Shown here one piece after another: positions 1 to 12,245 of a stretch of 64,000 nucleotides of DNA. Made by a program: the position numbers and the translations under genes. The stretch is from Macrostomum lignano (Eukaryota). The notes under the pieces are model-generated. The model had not been told where the DNA came from and searched no databases. It was given only the letters and a program-made list of their open reading frames with translations. Location: assembly GCA_002269645.1 (NCBI GenBank), contig NIVC01003526.1:29040-93039 (forward strand), given 5' to 3'. How positions within the stretch are numbered: position 1 is the first letter of the stretch; every line of letters begins with the position of its first letter.

Positions 1-1302
1 TATGACATGCCAACTATGCATTTGTAGGTCAATCATGCGCTATTATATCCTGCACAGACATAAAAATCCATAATTTTTTTCTAAGAAGTAAAATAATTTC
101 AGCTATATACGAATGAAAGAATCGCGTAGAACAAATACAAATTCTTCGATCATCCGACAGTATAGAAATCCGAGGATCGCTATAGTACACTGTATAAATA
201 CAGTGGTCCTCGGTCCTTGGCACAACTCTGAAAAAATAACTTTACAGATACGAGTTTGGAAGGAAAAAAATCATTTTAACCGTTAGCTAGCTGACACAAA
301 GAATTTAGTTTTTAGAAATTAATAGTAAAAGGTAGGAATACATAGTATGCGTTATCCTAGTAAGTCTTGACTGTTCTCACGCTAGAGGCTGACATGTAGG
401 GTCACTATTTACAGGAAGTATTTAAAAACAACTGTAATTAAGAATTAAGAAAGCGAAATACAGACTATGTTTTACAAACAAAAGAGAGTTCGTCTTAATT
501 TTTGTTTAAAAGATAGTCGGTAATATAAATGTTACTAATTTAAACTCATAAAATAAGTTTGCGGAGGTCCTGCGCGATCCGGCCCATCGCTGAAATGACG
601 TAGCCTATTTAAATTAAATTTAAACATGGACCCAGAGAAATCTGATCACACTTAAAAAATTGCTTTTTATTTATTTTTCATTGCTTTTTAAAAATTGAAT
701 CTGGCGTGAAATTGGCTTTTGCTTTTTTTCTTTGAAAACGGTAAGACAGAGCAGTACAGTATAATTACAGGAATACAGAAATGAATTTGATTTTCCCTTG
801 ACAGCATAAAGCTTTAAGATTTTCATCAAGGTCTATGATCAAATTTTATACTTTATTTTAAAAAATGGCATGCTATCCAGCATTTGAAAAAAAACATTTG
901 TCAAATTAGATTTTCTCATAAACAACAGCATTCTCTCGAAGTCAGTAGCACGAAATTTATTTGATTTATTTTATTTTTTTCTTATAAAAATATCTTCCAT
1001 ATTAAATAGTCATTTAAAAATAAAACTATTTTAATTTTAATCCAATTTCATGAATGTTAAAATTTAAATATATATATTTTAAGAATAGCAAAAAATAAAA
1101 GCAAAGAAAAGAATTATTAAACTTTAAAGATACTCGTAGACACAGATACTTTTTTATAGTTTTAATACCTAAGCATTTTCAAAGCATGTAATTCTTTATA
1201 AGAGATTTTCAACATTGAAAATAACTGAGACAGAAATAGCTTATAAAATTAGTTCCATCTACTAGAGTCAAGGCGGGCGAAATACAGTCTTTTCTTATAA
1301 AG

Positions 1303-1670
1303 TGAGTGCCTCTGTTTTGAAGCCAAACTCGAAGTGCCCCGTGCCGACGCCAAATTTCAGTCGGCCGGTCGCGCCACGCCGATGCAGCCGTCGGCTGGCC
1401 GGCGATGCAAGCTGCCAACAACGACGACCGCCTCCGCTCGCAAGTGCCGGCCGTCCAGCGACCTGCTGTCCGCCTCCGCCTTGGCCACGACGGCTGCGCC
1501 TGACGGCAAACATTTAGCAAACAACGACGGCAGCGGGCGGATGCTGCGGTCAGCTGACGAGTCCCAGTTGCTGGGCTGCAGCGCCGTCGATCCTGCGGCG
1601 GACTCGTCCTACCGCAGCGCCGAGCATGACGACCTCTGGCAGCAGGCGCCGCTGGCCGAGCCGGAACTGG
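1303..1670 (+). CDS. CDK14: Probable N-terminal exon of the CDK14-like gene (5' boundary uncertain; in-frame ATG at 1382)
   Basis: GC-rich open frame inside AT-rich DNA. Acceptor-like TCTTTTCTTATAAAG ends at 1302; phase-1 donor G|GTGCGT at 1671 fits the next exon. Confidence 0.6.
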
Positions 1671-2108
1671 GTGCGTTGCCATGGTTACTGGCGAATAGTT
1701 ATTGGAAAGGCAGTATAACTATTCTCCACTCGCATCTTAGGCATGGCAGGACAGCTAGAGGACCTGCAATGAAATGTTACCCGTGGCTGAAAATCTGCCT
1801 ACATACAAGGCCATAAATTCTGCGGGCCTGTCACACAGATACAGGAACTGCTAGCAATACGCCCGCAACTCTGTGACCCGATAACACAAATCATATGATG
1901 TGACAGCTAGCAGGCCAAGCCCCCAATGTGTTTACCGAACAATCCATGCTGCACCGAATCTCCGAGGGTTTCCCCAGCGACTGGAAGCCATCAGCGGTGT
2001 AGAGTAAAGAGCCCCGGCTGACTGACTGGCTTTGTAGCAAAAATATTGATATTTCTGTACAGACCGACAGACAGAAAATCTTCGCGCACTGCTTTCTCCG
2101 CGTTTCAG

Positions 2109-2201
2109 TCGGCGACTTCGGCGGACCGGAGCACGCATTGAACTCGCTGGGCCGGCTGAAGCAGCTGCGGTCCCGGATTCGAGTCTCCATATCGAAACTG
2201 G
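2109..2201 (+). CDS. CDK14: Probable CDK14-like exon ([30 protein letters not shown])
   Basis: Pyrimidine tract plus TTTCAG acceptor; G|GTGAGG donor; phase 1 in and out. The [15 protein letters not shown] segment resembles the basic RR-x-S-x-S-x-x-x-L stretch in PFTAIRE/PCTAIRE N-termini (recollection). Confidence 0.7.
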
Positions 2202-2213
2202 GTGAGGGAATTT

Positions 2214-4110
2214 AGACAGACACTATGACAGACACTATTACAGACACTATGACAGACACAAAGACAGACACTATGACAGACACTATGACAGACACTATGA
2301 CAGACACTATGACAGACACTATGACAGACACTAAGACAGAGACTATGACAGACACTATGACAGACACTATGACAGACACTATGACAGACACTATGACAGA
2401 AACTATGACAGACAGTAACACAGACACTATGACAGACACTATGACAGACACTATGACAGACACTATGACAGACACAAAGACAGACACTATGACAGACACT
2501 ATGACAGACACTATGACAGACACTATGACAGACACTATGACAGACACTATGACAGACACTATGACAGACACTATGACAGACACTATGACAGACACTATGA
2601 CAGACACAAAGACAGACACTATGACAGACACTATGACAGACACTATGACAGACACTATGACAGACACTATGACAGACACAAAGACAGACACTATGACAGA
2701 CACTATGACAGACACTATGACAGACACTATGACAGACACTATGACAGACCTATGACAGACCTATGACAGACACTATGACAGACACTAAGACAGACACTAT
2801 GACAGACACTATGACAGACACTAAGACAGACACTATGACAGACACTATGACAGACACTATGACAGACACAAAGACAGACACTATGACAGACACTATGACA
2901 GACACTATGACAGACACTATGACAGACACTATGACAGACACTAAGACAGAGACTATGACAGACACTATGACAGACACTATGACAGACACTATGACAGACA
3001 CTATGACAGACACTATGACAGACACTATGACAGACACAAAGACAGACACTATGACAGACACTATGACAGACACTATGACAGACACTATGACAGACAATAT
3101 GACAGACACTATGACAGACACTATGACAGACACTATGACAGACACTATGACAGACACTATGACAGACACAAAGACAGACACTATGACAGACACTATGACA
3201 GACACTATGACAGACACTATGACAGACACTATGACAGACACAAAGACAGACACTATGACAGACACTATGACAGACACTATGACAGACACTATGACAGACA
3301 CTATGACAGACCTATGACAGACCTATGACAGACACTATGACAGACACTAAGACAGACACTATGACAGACACTATGACAGACACTAAGACAGACACTATGA
3401 CAGACACTATGACAGACACTATGACAGACACTATGACAGACACTATGACAGACACTATGACAGACACTATGACAGACACTATGACAGACACAAAGACAGA
3501 CACTATGACAGACACTATGACAGACACTATGACAGACACTATGACAGACACTATGACAGACACAAAGACAGACACTATGACAGACACTATGACAGACACT
3601 ATGACAGACACTATGACAGACACTATGACAGACCTATGACAGACCTATGACAGACCTATGACAGACACTAAGACAGACACTATGACAGACACTATGACAG
3701 ACACTAAGACAGACACTATGACAGACACTATGACAGACACTATGACAGACACTAAGACAGACACTATGACAGACACTATGACAGAAACTATGACAGACAC
3801 TATGACAGAAACTATGACAGACAGTAACACAGACACTATGACAGACACTATGACAGACACTATGACAGACACTATGACAGACACTATGACAGACACTATG
3901 ACAGACACTATGACAGACACTATGACAGACACTATGACAGACACTATGACAGACACTATGACAGACACTATGACAGACACTATGACAGACACTATGACAG
4001 ACACTATGACAGACACTATGACAGACACTATGACAGACACTATGACAGACACTATGACAGACACTATGACAGACACTATGACAGACACTATGACAGACAC
4101 TATGACAGAC
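2214..4110. repeat. 12-bp minisatellite (ACAGACACTATG)n, about 155 copies, with recurring 11-bp variant units marking higher-order blocks
   Basis: Directly visible. It produces the spurious TDTM and SVIV ORFs. Confidence 0.98.
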
Positions 4111-4243
4111 CTAAGAAAAACAGACTGACGGACGCAGGAGCAGATTTGCTTCTACAGAAATTGATTTCTCCATAGCAAAAAGCGGGTTCCGCATGCAGCT
4201 GGCACTCCAGACTCCATCAGGCCCCATCATCTCTCTATTTCAG

Positions 4244-4341
4244 CTGCTCCGTCCGCGGCTGCCAGACCCAGCGCGCACTTTTCATCAGCGGAGGCGGTGG
4301 CGGCGGCCCCTCCAGACGATTTCGAGCGGCGGCGCAAATCC
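4244..4341 (+). CDS. CDK14: Probable CDK14-like exon (APSAAARPSAHFSSAEAVAAAPPDDFERRRKS)
   Basis: CTCTCTATTTCAG acceptor and GTAAGC donor; 98 nt, phase 1 to phase 0. Confidence 0.65.
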
Positions 4342-5584
4342 GTAAGCCTGGCCGCCAGCAAAGTGCTTATTATAAGCCCGCCTCCCCACGGAACCCCATC
4401 AGCACCGGATACTGCCCGTTTCCGCCCGCCCCCACCAGCCCTTCTCTTTACGCACACGCCAAAATTAATAGTGTGAGGGGAGAGGGAGGGGCGGGGACGA
4501 GATTGGATCAAAGCTTGCTGTTTTCAAGAAGCACGGCAGGTCAGACCGCGGGCCCCTGGGAGTGGAGATCTGGACTGGTAACAGAACCCCTTAACACAGG
4601 GGTCGGTAGATTAAGAATCTAACTGTTGGCTGCGATGAGAGAGGAAAGGAGATAGAATAGATGAGTGAAGGATGCGGAGGTGAGAGAGGAAGAGGGGAGA
4701 GGCTTTACGGGCAGGAGGTTTGAAAGAGTTGAGCCTAAAACTGTCATTTATTCAACGAGATTGAGGCTTCATTTATATTAGAATCCATAAGGAAAGTAGG
4801 GAAATTTCAGTTTTTTAGCACTTAATTGGCCATTACTCATGTTCTGAAGTCCCAGCATTCAAACAATGTAATAATCGGACACCAGTGCCACAGCACACAA
4901 GAGAGCAGATGATGAACTGTCTGAGTAAGCGGCGTGAGCAACTATAACTGTTTTAAGATAGGTAAATGCTTCGTCATCTAAAAAGTAGTACGTAAAATTC
5001 TGTACCACATTTAAATGGTTGTAAAACCTCATTGAAGGATTTCCAATTGCAAAATGTCAACTTAGCTATGTAAAAAGGTGAAATTTTAGTCTTGCTCATG
5101 AATCTACCTTAAAATAATTTTTCCCAACCTCTCAGAGTTAGCTACTCTTACCACCTGTACTTTTAAACGAATTTCGCCGTGCAAATGGATTTCCAATCCA
5201 AATATCTAGTACTTCTTGGGTGTCCTTACCCTCCGGGGATGAAGGAGGGTTCGAAATTGGAACATTTTCAGCAGCAGTAGTTTACTGCACTGCGGTGGCT
5301 TGTAGCACATCGGTGGGTGTCGGATTCCAAAGCAGCCCCTCTCCCGACACTCCCAGTCTCCATAGACTCCACAATTGTAGAAATAATAATGATAGAATAA
5401 TGCTGGACTTGATTTGCTGGAATGCTTGGCTCACGGTAGAAAGCAGTTGCTGGCGGTGCGGTCTGGAAATGCTGATTCTGTAATTGGACTGCTGAGGTGA
5501 GGAAAGAAATGATGTGGGGAGATGAACTGCAAGTAAGGATAGATTAGGGAAGAGAGCTGAGAGACAAGGAAAATAAAGGTAGGG

Positions 5585-7180
5585 AGATGAGAGTCACGGA
5601 TAGTAGAGATAGAGAGAGGAGAGATGGGGAGAGGAGGGATGGGGAGGGGAGAGATGGGGAGAGGAGAGATGGGGAGAGGAGAGATGGGGAGGGGAGAGAT
5701 AGGAGAGGAAAGATAGGGAGAGGAGAGATGGGGAGAGGAGAGATGGGGAGGGGAGAGATAGGAGAGGAAAGATAGGGAGAGGAGAGATGGGGAGGGGAGA
5801 GATAGGAGAGGAAAGATAGGGAGAGGAGAGATGGGAGAGGAGAGATGGGGAGAGGAGAGATGGGGAGGGGAGAGATAGGAGAGGAAAGATAGGGAGAGGA
5901 GAGATGGGAGAGGAAAGATAGGGAGAGGAGAGATGGGGAGGGGAGAGATGGGGAGAGGAGAGATGGGGAGGGGAGAGATGGGAGAGGAGAGATGGGGAGA
6001 GGAGAGATGGGGAGAGGAGAGATGGGGAGGGGAGAGATAGGAGAGGAAAGATAGGGAGAGGAGAGATGGGGAGAGGAGAGATGGGGAGGGGAGAGATGGG
6101 GAGTGGAGAGATGGGAGAGGAGAGATGGGGAGGGGAGAGATAGGAGAGGAAAGATAGGGAGAGGAGAGATGGGGAGAGGAGAGATGGGGAGGGGAGAGAT
6201 AGGAGAGGAAAGATAGGGAGAGGAGAGATGGGGAGGGGAGAGATAGGAGAGGAAAGATAGGGAGAGGAGAGATGGGAGAGGAGAGATGGGGAGAGGAGAG
6301 ATGGGGAGGGGAGAGATAGGAGAGGAAAGATAGGGAGAGGAGAGATGGGAGAGGAGAGATGGGGAGGGGAGAGATGGGAGAGGAGAGATGGGGAGGGGAG
6401 AGATGGGAGAGGAGAGATGGGGAGGGGAGAGATGGGAGAGGAGAGATGGGGAGGGGAGAGATAGGAGAGGAAAGATAGGGAGAGGAGAGATGGGGAGAGG
6501 AGAGATGGGGAGGGGAGAGATGGGGAGAGGAGAGATGGGAGAGGAGAGATGGGGAGGGGAGAGATAGGAGAGGAAAGATAGGGAGAGGAGAGATGGGGAG
6601 GGGAGAGATGGGAGAGGAGAGATGGGGAGGGGAGAGATGGGAGAGGAGAGATGGGGAGGGGAGAGATGGGAGAGGAGAGATGGGGAGGGGAGAGATAGGA
6701 GAGGAAAGATAGGGAGAGGAGAGATGGGGAGAGGAGAGATGGGGAGGGGAGAGATGGGGAGAGGAGAGATGGGGAGAGGAGAGATGGGGAGAGGAGAGAT
6801 GGGGAGGGGAGAGATAGGAGAGGAAAGATAGGGAGAGGAGAGATGGGGAGAGGAGAGATGTGGAGAGGAGAGATGGGAGAGGAGAGATGTGGAGAGGAGA
6901 GATGGGAGAGGAGAGATGGGGAGAGGAGAGATGGGGAGGGGAGAGATGGGGAGAGGAGAGATGGGGAGAGGAGAGATGGGGAGGGGAGAGATGGGGAGGG
7001 GAGAGATGGGGAGAGGAGAGATGGGGAGAGGAAAGATAGGGAGGGGAGAGATGGGGAGGGGAGAGATGGGAGAGGAGAGATGGGAGAGGAGAGATGTGGA
7101 GAGGAGAGATGGGAGAGGAGAGATGGGAGAGGAGAGATGGGGAGGGGAGAGAGATAATGAGAGGAGGGAGAGGAGCGGAG
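5585..7180. repeat. Purine-rich 14-15-bp minisatellite (GGAGAGATGGGGAGA/GGGG variants)
   Basis: Directly visible; near-homopurine + strand. Confidence 0.97.
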
Positions 7181-7847
7181 AGGGGGATCAGAGAAAGCCA
7201 TTTTCCATGCTTCAAGCGATGCGAGCTCCCAGTCCCAGACTCCCCACTGGCATTCAACTAAACTCTGCCGCCCCAGGAAAAGTAGAGATCTGTCTGTCCC
7301 CGCGCCCTCTGTCTCCTAGAAGTGACAAACAGACAGACAAAAAGCGCCACCGAGACAAAACAGTCCGCGAGGAAGAGAGGGACTCGATGATGAATGGCCG
7401 CGGCGCCCCTTTGCGCAGGCCGACAGAAATCCCCAAAATATGGGGATTTTCTCCCCAGCTTTGATCGGCCCCCAGAAACCAGGGATGGCAGACAGCTTTG
7501 ATGAAATAGCTCGTAGTCGGAGAAAGAGAAAAAAATCCCAAACTGCATCGGGCAGACCGGGGATTCCGGCTGGATGCATGGCGGGGCCCTTGAAGTCCTC
7601 AGAGCTCTCAGAGTCTTGGCATGCGCGCGGACTGCGCAGTCAAGCAGCTGCGCAGTTGCCAAACGCGCATGACCGCCAGTTCAAATCACTCCAAAGTTTA
7701 GAATTCTATTTTTTAATTGGAAAACTTCGCATTGAAGCTGTGTGCATCCTTTTAGCTCTTCTTGCGCCGTTCAGGCTTTAAAGTGGCTTCTTTCTATATA
7801 TGTCGGCGCATTGTTGCCGAAAATTCATTGCGATAAACCCTGACACC

Positions 7848-8395
7848 CTGTCCCTGCCCTGACACCCTGTCCCTGCCCTGACACCCTGTCCCTGCCCTGA
7901 CACCCTGTCCCTGCCCTGACACCCTGTCACTGCCCTGACACCCTGTCCCTGCCCTGACACCCTGTCCCTGCCCTGACGATCCTCCTTGCCCTGAAACCCA
8001 CCATATCAGAAAGCGACCCCCACCATATCTGCCACCCACCATACCTGACACTCACCATATCTGACACTCATCATATCTGACAGACATCATATCTGACACT
8101 CACCATATCTGACACCCCATCATATCTGACGCCCACCATACCTGACACTCACCATATCTGACACTCATCATATCTGACAGACATCATATCTGACACTCAC
8201 CATATCTGACACCCACCATATCTGACTGACACCATGACGCCCACCATATCTGACACTCACCATATCTGACACTCACCATATCTGACACCCACCATATCTG
8301 ACACCCACCATATTTGACGCCCACCATATTTGACGCCCTCCATATCTGACACCCACCATATCTGACACCCACCATACCTGACCCTCACCATATCT
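7848..8395. repeat. Two adjacent ~19-bp minisatellites, (CCCTGACACCCTGTCCCTG)n and (CACCATATCTGACACT/CCA)n; duplicated at about 10442-11000
   Basis: Directly visible. Confidence 0.9.
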
Positions 8396-8534
8396 GAAAT
8401 CCGCCCCACCCCAAGGGACAGCATCCAGAGTAAGGAAACCAAGTAACCAAGCAGGCACAGAACGCCAGTCTGCAAGCAAGTCACAACAAAATACATTCAG
8501 GCATAAGATACTAACAAGACCTAAGAAGATAAAA

Positions 8535-9783
8535 AATGGGGAGGGGAGAGATGGGGAGAGGAGAGATGGGGAGGGGAGAGATGGGAGAGGAGAGATGGGG
8601 AGAGGAGAGATGGGGAGAGGAGAGATGGGGAGGGGAGAGATAGGAGAGGAAAGATAGGGAGAGGAGAGATGGGGAGAGGAGAGATGGGGAGGGGAGAGAT
8701 GGGGAGTGGAGAGATGGGAGAGGAGAGATGGGGAGGGGAGAGATAGGAGAGGAAAGATAGGGAGAGGAGAGATGGGGAGAGGAGAGATGGGGAGGGGAGA
8801 GATAGGAGAGGAAAGATAGGGAGAGGAGAGATGGGGAGGGAGAGATAGGAGAGGAAAGATAGGGAGAGGAGAGATGGGAGAGGAGAGATGGGGAGAGGAG
8901 AGATGGGGAGGGGAGAGATAGGAGAGGAAAGATAGGGAGAGGAGAGATGGGAGAGGAGAGATGGGGAGGGGAGAGATGGGAGAGGAGAGATGGGGAGGGG
9001 AGAGATGGGAGAGGAGAGATGGGGAGGGGAGAGATGGGAGAGGAGAGATGGGGAGGGGAGAGATAGGAGAGGAAAGATAGGGAGAGGAGAGATGGGGAGA
9101 GGAGAGATGGGGAGGGGAGAGATGGGGAGAGGAGAGATGGGAGAGGAGAGATGGGGAGGGGAGAGATAGGAGAGGAAAGATAGGGAGAGGAGAGATGGGG
9201 AGGGGAGAGATGGGAGAGGAGAGATGGGGAGGGGAGAGATGGGAGAGGAGAGATGGGGAGGGGAGAGATGGGAGAGGAGAGATGGGGAGGGGAGAGATAG
9301 GAGAGGAAAGATAGGGAGAGGAGAGATGGGGAGAGGAGAGATGGGGAGGGGAGAGATGGGGAGAGGAGAGATGGGGAGAGGAGAGATGGGGAGAGGAGAG
9401 ATGGGGAGGGGAGAGATAGGAGAGGAAAGATAGGGAGAGGAGAGATGGGGAGAGGAGAGATGTGGAGAGGAGAGATGGGAGAGGAGAGATGTGGAGAGGA
9501 GAGATGGGAGAGGAGAGATGGGGAGAGGAGAGATGGGGAGGGGAGAGATGGGGAGAGGAGAGATGGGGAGAGGAGAGATGGGGAGGGGAGAGATGGGGAG
9601 GGGAGAGATGGGGAGAGGAGAGATGGGGAGAGGAAAGATAGGGAGGGGAGAGATGGGGAGGGGAGAGATGGGAGAGGAGAGATGGGAGAGGAGAGATGTG
9701 GAGAGGAGAGATGGGAGAGGAGAGATGGGAGAGGAGAGATGGGGAGGGGAGAGAGATAATGAGAGGAGGGAGAGGAGCGGAGA
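8535..9783. repeat. Second copy of the purine-rich minisatellite, part of a tandem duplication
   Basis: Same variant order as 5934-7180. Confidence 0.95.
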
Positions 9784-10385
9784 GGGGGATCAGAGAAAGC
9801 CATTTTCCATGCTTCAAGCGATGCGAGCTCCCCAGTCCCAGACTCCCCACTGGCATTCAACTAAACTCTGCCGCCCCAGGAAAAGTAGAGATCTGTCTGT
9901 CCCCGCGCCCTCTGTCTCCTAGAAGTGACAAACAGACAGACAAAAAGCGCCACCGAGACAAAACAGTCCGCGAGGAAGAGAGGGACTCGATGATGAATGG
10001 CCGCGGCGCCCCTTTGCGCAGGCCGACAGAAATCCCCAAAATATGGGGATTTTCTCCCCAGCTTTGATCGGCCCCCAGAAACCAGGGATGGCAGACAGCT
10101 TTGATGAAATAGCTCGTAGTCGGAGAAAGAGAAAAAAATCCCAAACTGCATCGGGCAGACCGGGGATTCCGGCTGGATGCATGGCGGGGCCCTTGAAGTC
10201 CTCAGAGCTCTCAGAGTCTTGGCATGCGCGCGGACTGCGCAGTCAAGCAGCTGCGCAGTTGCCAAACCGCGCATGACCGCCAGTTCAAATCACTCCAAAG
10301 TTTAGAATTCTATTTTTTAATTGGAAAACTTCGCATTGAAGCTGTGTGCATCCTTTTAGCTCTTCTTGCGCCGTTCAGGCTTTAA

Positions 10386-11873
10386 AGTGGCTTCTTTCTA
10401 TATATGTCGGCGCATTGTTGCCGAAAATTCATTGCGATAAACCCTGACACCCTGTCCCTGCCCTGACACCCTGTCCCTGCCCTGACACCCTGTCCCTGCC
10501 CTGACACCCTGTCCCTGCCCTGACACCCTGTCACTGCCCTGACACCCTGTCCCTGCCCTGACACCCTGTCCCTGCCCTGACGATCCTCCTTGCCCTGAAA
10601 CCCACCATATCAGAAAGCGACCCCCACCATATCTGCCACCCACCATACCTGACACTCACCATATCTGACACTCATCATATCTGACAGACATCATATCTGA
10701 CACTCACCATATCTGACACCCCATCATATCTGACGCCCACCATACCTGACACTCACCATATCTGACACTCATCATATCTGACAGACATCATATCTGACAC
10801 TCACCATATCTGACACCCACCATATCTGACTGACACCATGACGCCCACCATATCTGACACTCACCATATCTGACACTCACCATATCTGACACCCACCATA
10901 TCTGACACCCACCATATTTGACGCCCACCATATTTGACGCCCTCCATATCTGACACCCACCATATCTGACACCCACCATACCTGACCCTCACCATATCTG
11001 AAATCCGCCCCACCCCAAGGGACAGCATCCAGAGTAAGGAAACCAAGTAACCAAGCAGGCACAGAACGCCAGTCTGCAAGCAAGTCACAACAAAATACAT
11101 TCAGGCATAAGATACTAACAAGACCTAAGAAGATAAAAAATGGCTGATGACGCTAAAAATCGCATTCGAAAATCCCAAATGTCATTTTTATCACCGAAGG
11201 ATTAACAAAAAAGAAATGAAAGCCGCTCGATTCGTAAGAGACAGCGTTATCTCCTTGCCACAACAGAATCCCATTCTACGAGCTAGATTTAGAAAAATCC
11301 CATGCAAGTAATCTACGCCAGGCTCCGGGGGTGTTGGACTTTCGCCCGAGGCCAGGGGGCCGGCGGTCCAGTGGGATCGGGACATTATGCAGGTCCTGAT
11401 CCCCTCTGTCCAGCGAAGAGTAAAAGCCCCCCCCCCCCCGACGCGTCCGTAATTAAGCCGGGCCGCCCTTGTCGTCTCGCTTAGAATTTTTCTTTGCTTC
11501 AAGGGCGGGCGACGTTTATCCGCGCTGAAGTGCGCGACCGAAGGCGGGGGGGGGGAGGCGCCTCAGAGGAGGCTGTCGATGGCGGGACTTCCAGCCGCTT
11601 CGGACTTTCATCATCTATCCGCCCGCGACCCCCCATGGCAACAGTTGCCATGTCCGATATGAAATAAGGTGGCGGGAATTCGCAACTGGCCGTCTCTCCC
11701 CTTCCCCTGCCGCCCGCTGTGCCCGCTCCTGGGGCGATTTTCGGCCCGCCAGATGCATTTGCATTCGGGCGGCTCCCCTGGGGGTGGCCTCGAGAGGCTC
11801 CGGTGGCCCGCAGTTGTTGGTGGTGGCGGCGCTCGTCAGGGGGTCTGGGAGTTTTTTGTAAAATAAATCCACT
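10386..11873. mobile_element. Possible non-autonomous Kolobok-like DNA transposon; its left part is duplicated at 7782-8537
   Basis: TTAA|AGTGGCTTCTTT ... AAATAAATCCACT|TTAA: TTAA on both sides, imperfect short TIRs starting AG. No transposase seen. Confidence 0.35.
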
Positions 11874-11964
11874 TTAAGCGCTGGGAAGCTTCAATTTTAT
11901 CCAATTCAAATTGGATGGCGACGGGGGCAACTTTGTTTAGTCCGACCGCTTGCACTTTCTCCAG

Positions 11965-12103
11965 ACTCTGGACGCCGGCATCGGCACGAATCGAAGTCGT
12001 TCAGCGGATCGCAGCTCCTGCCATCGGGTTATGGGGAGAGGCGGAGGCAACGACGTGGGACGAGCTGCAGAGAGGCAGCAGCAGCTGCTACGACTGCGGA
12101 TCA
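11965..12103 (+). CDS. CDK14: Probable CDK14-like exon (TLDAGIGTNRSRS...QQQLLRLRI)
   Basis: CACTTTCTCCAG acceptor and GTAAGT donor; 139 nt, phase 0 to phase 1. It bridges exon 4244-4341 to exon 21247 exactly. Confidence 0.75.
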
Positions 12104-12132
12104 GTAAGTGGCTTTCTAGGTCACGGCGAGTT

Positions 12133-12133
<1 letters not shown>

Positions 12134-12177
<44 letters not shown>

Positions 12178-12197
12178 TTCTTCTTCTTCTTCTTCTT
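12134..12197. repeat. (CAT)n plus (CTT)n microsatellite (RTE-1 3' junction)
   Basis: Directly visible. Confidence 0.95.
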
Positions 12198-12245
12198 CTG
12201 ACTTTTTATCGCCTTTCGGCATAGTCAACCAGGCGGGTCCCCGTC

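Larger units (their letters stand above)
5934..11141. repeat. Direct tandem duplication of a ~2604-bp unit (5934-8537 and 8538-11141)
   Basis: Paired ORFs are offset by 2603-2604 (7254/9857, 7778/10382). The junction shows ATGG microhomology: AAAAAATGG|GGAGGGG at 8537 versus AAAAAATGG|CTGATG at 11141. Confidence 0.9.

Noticed and set aside
2212-4128. TDTM/SVIV-repeat ORFs as a real repetitive protein
   Set aside because: Products of a 12-bp satellite open on both strands inside an intron; no splice link or unique domain.
4540-5500. Possible LINE or viral fragment in CDK14 intron 3
   Set aside because: No recognisable motif in the frames I translated; left unannotated.
5431-9922. Long SP/L-rich and RGEMG ORFs
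   Set aside because: Translations of the purine minisatellite.
11143-11175. Hammerhead ribozyme (CTGATGA...GAAA)
   Set aside because: No stem II pairing between the conserved boxes and no stems I/III.
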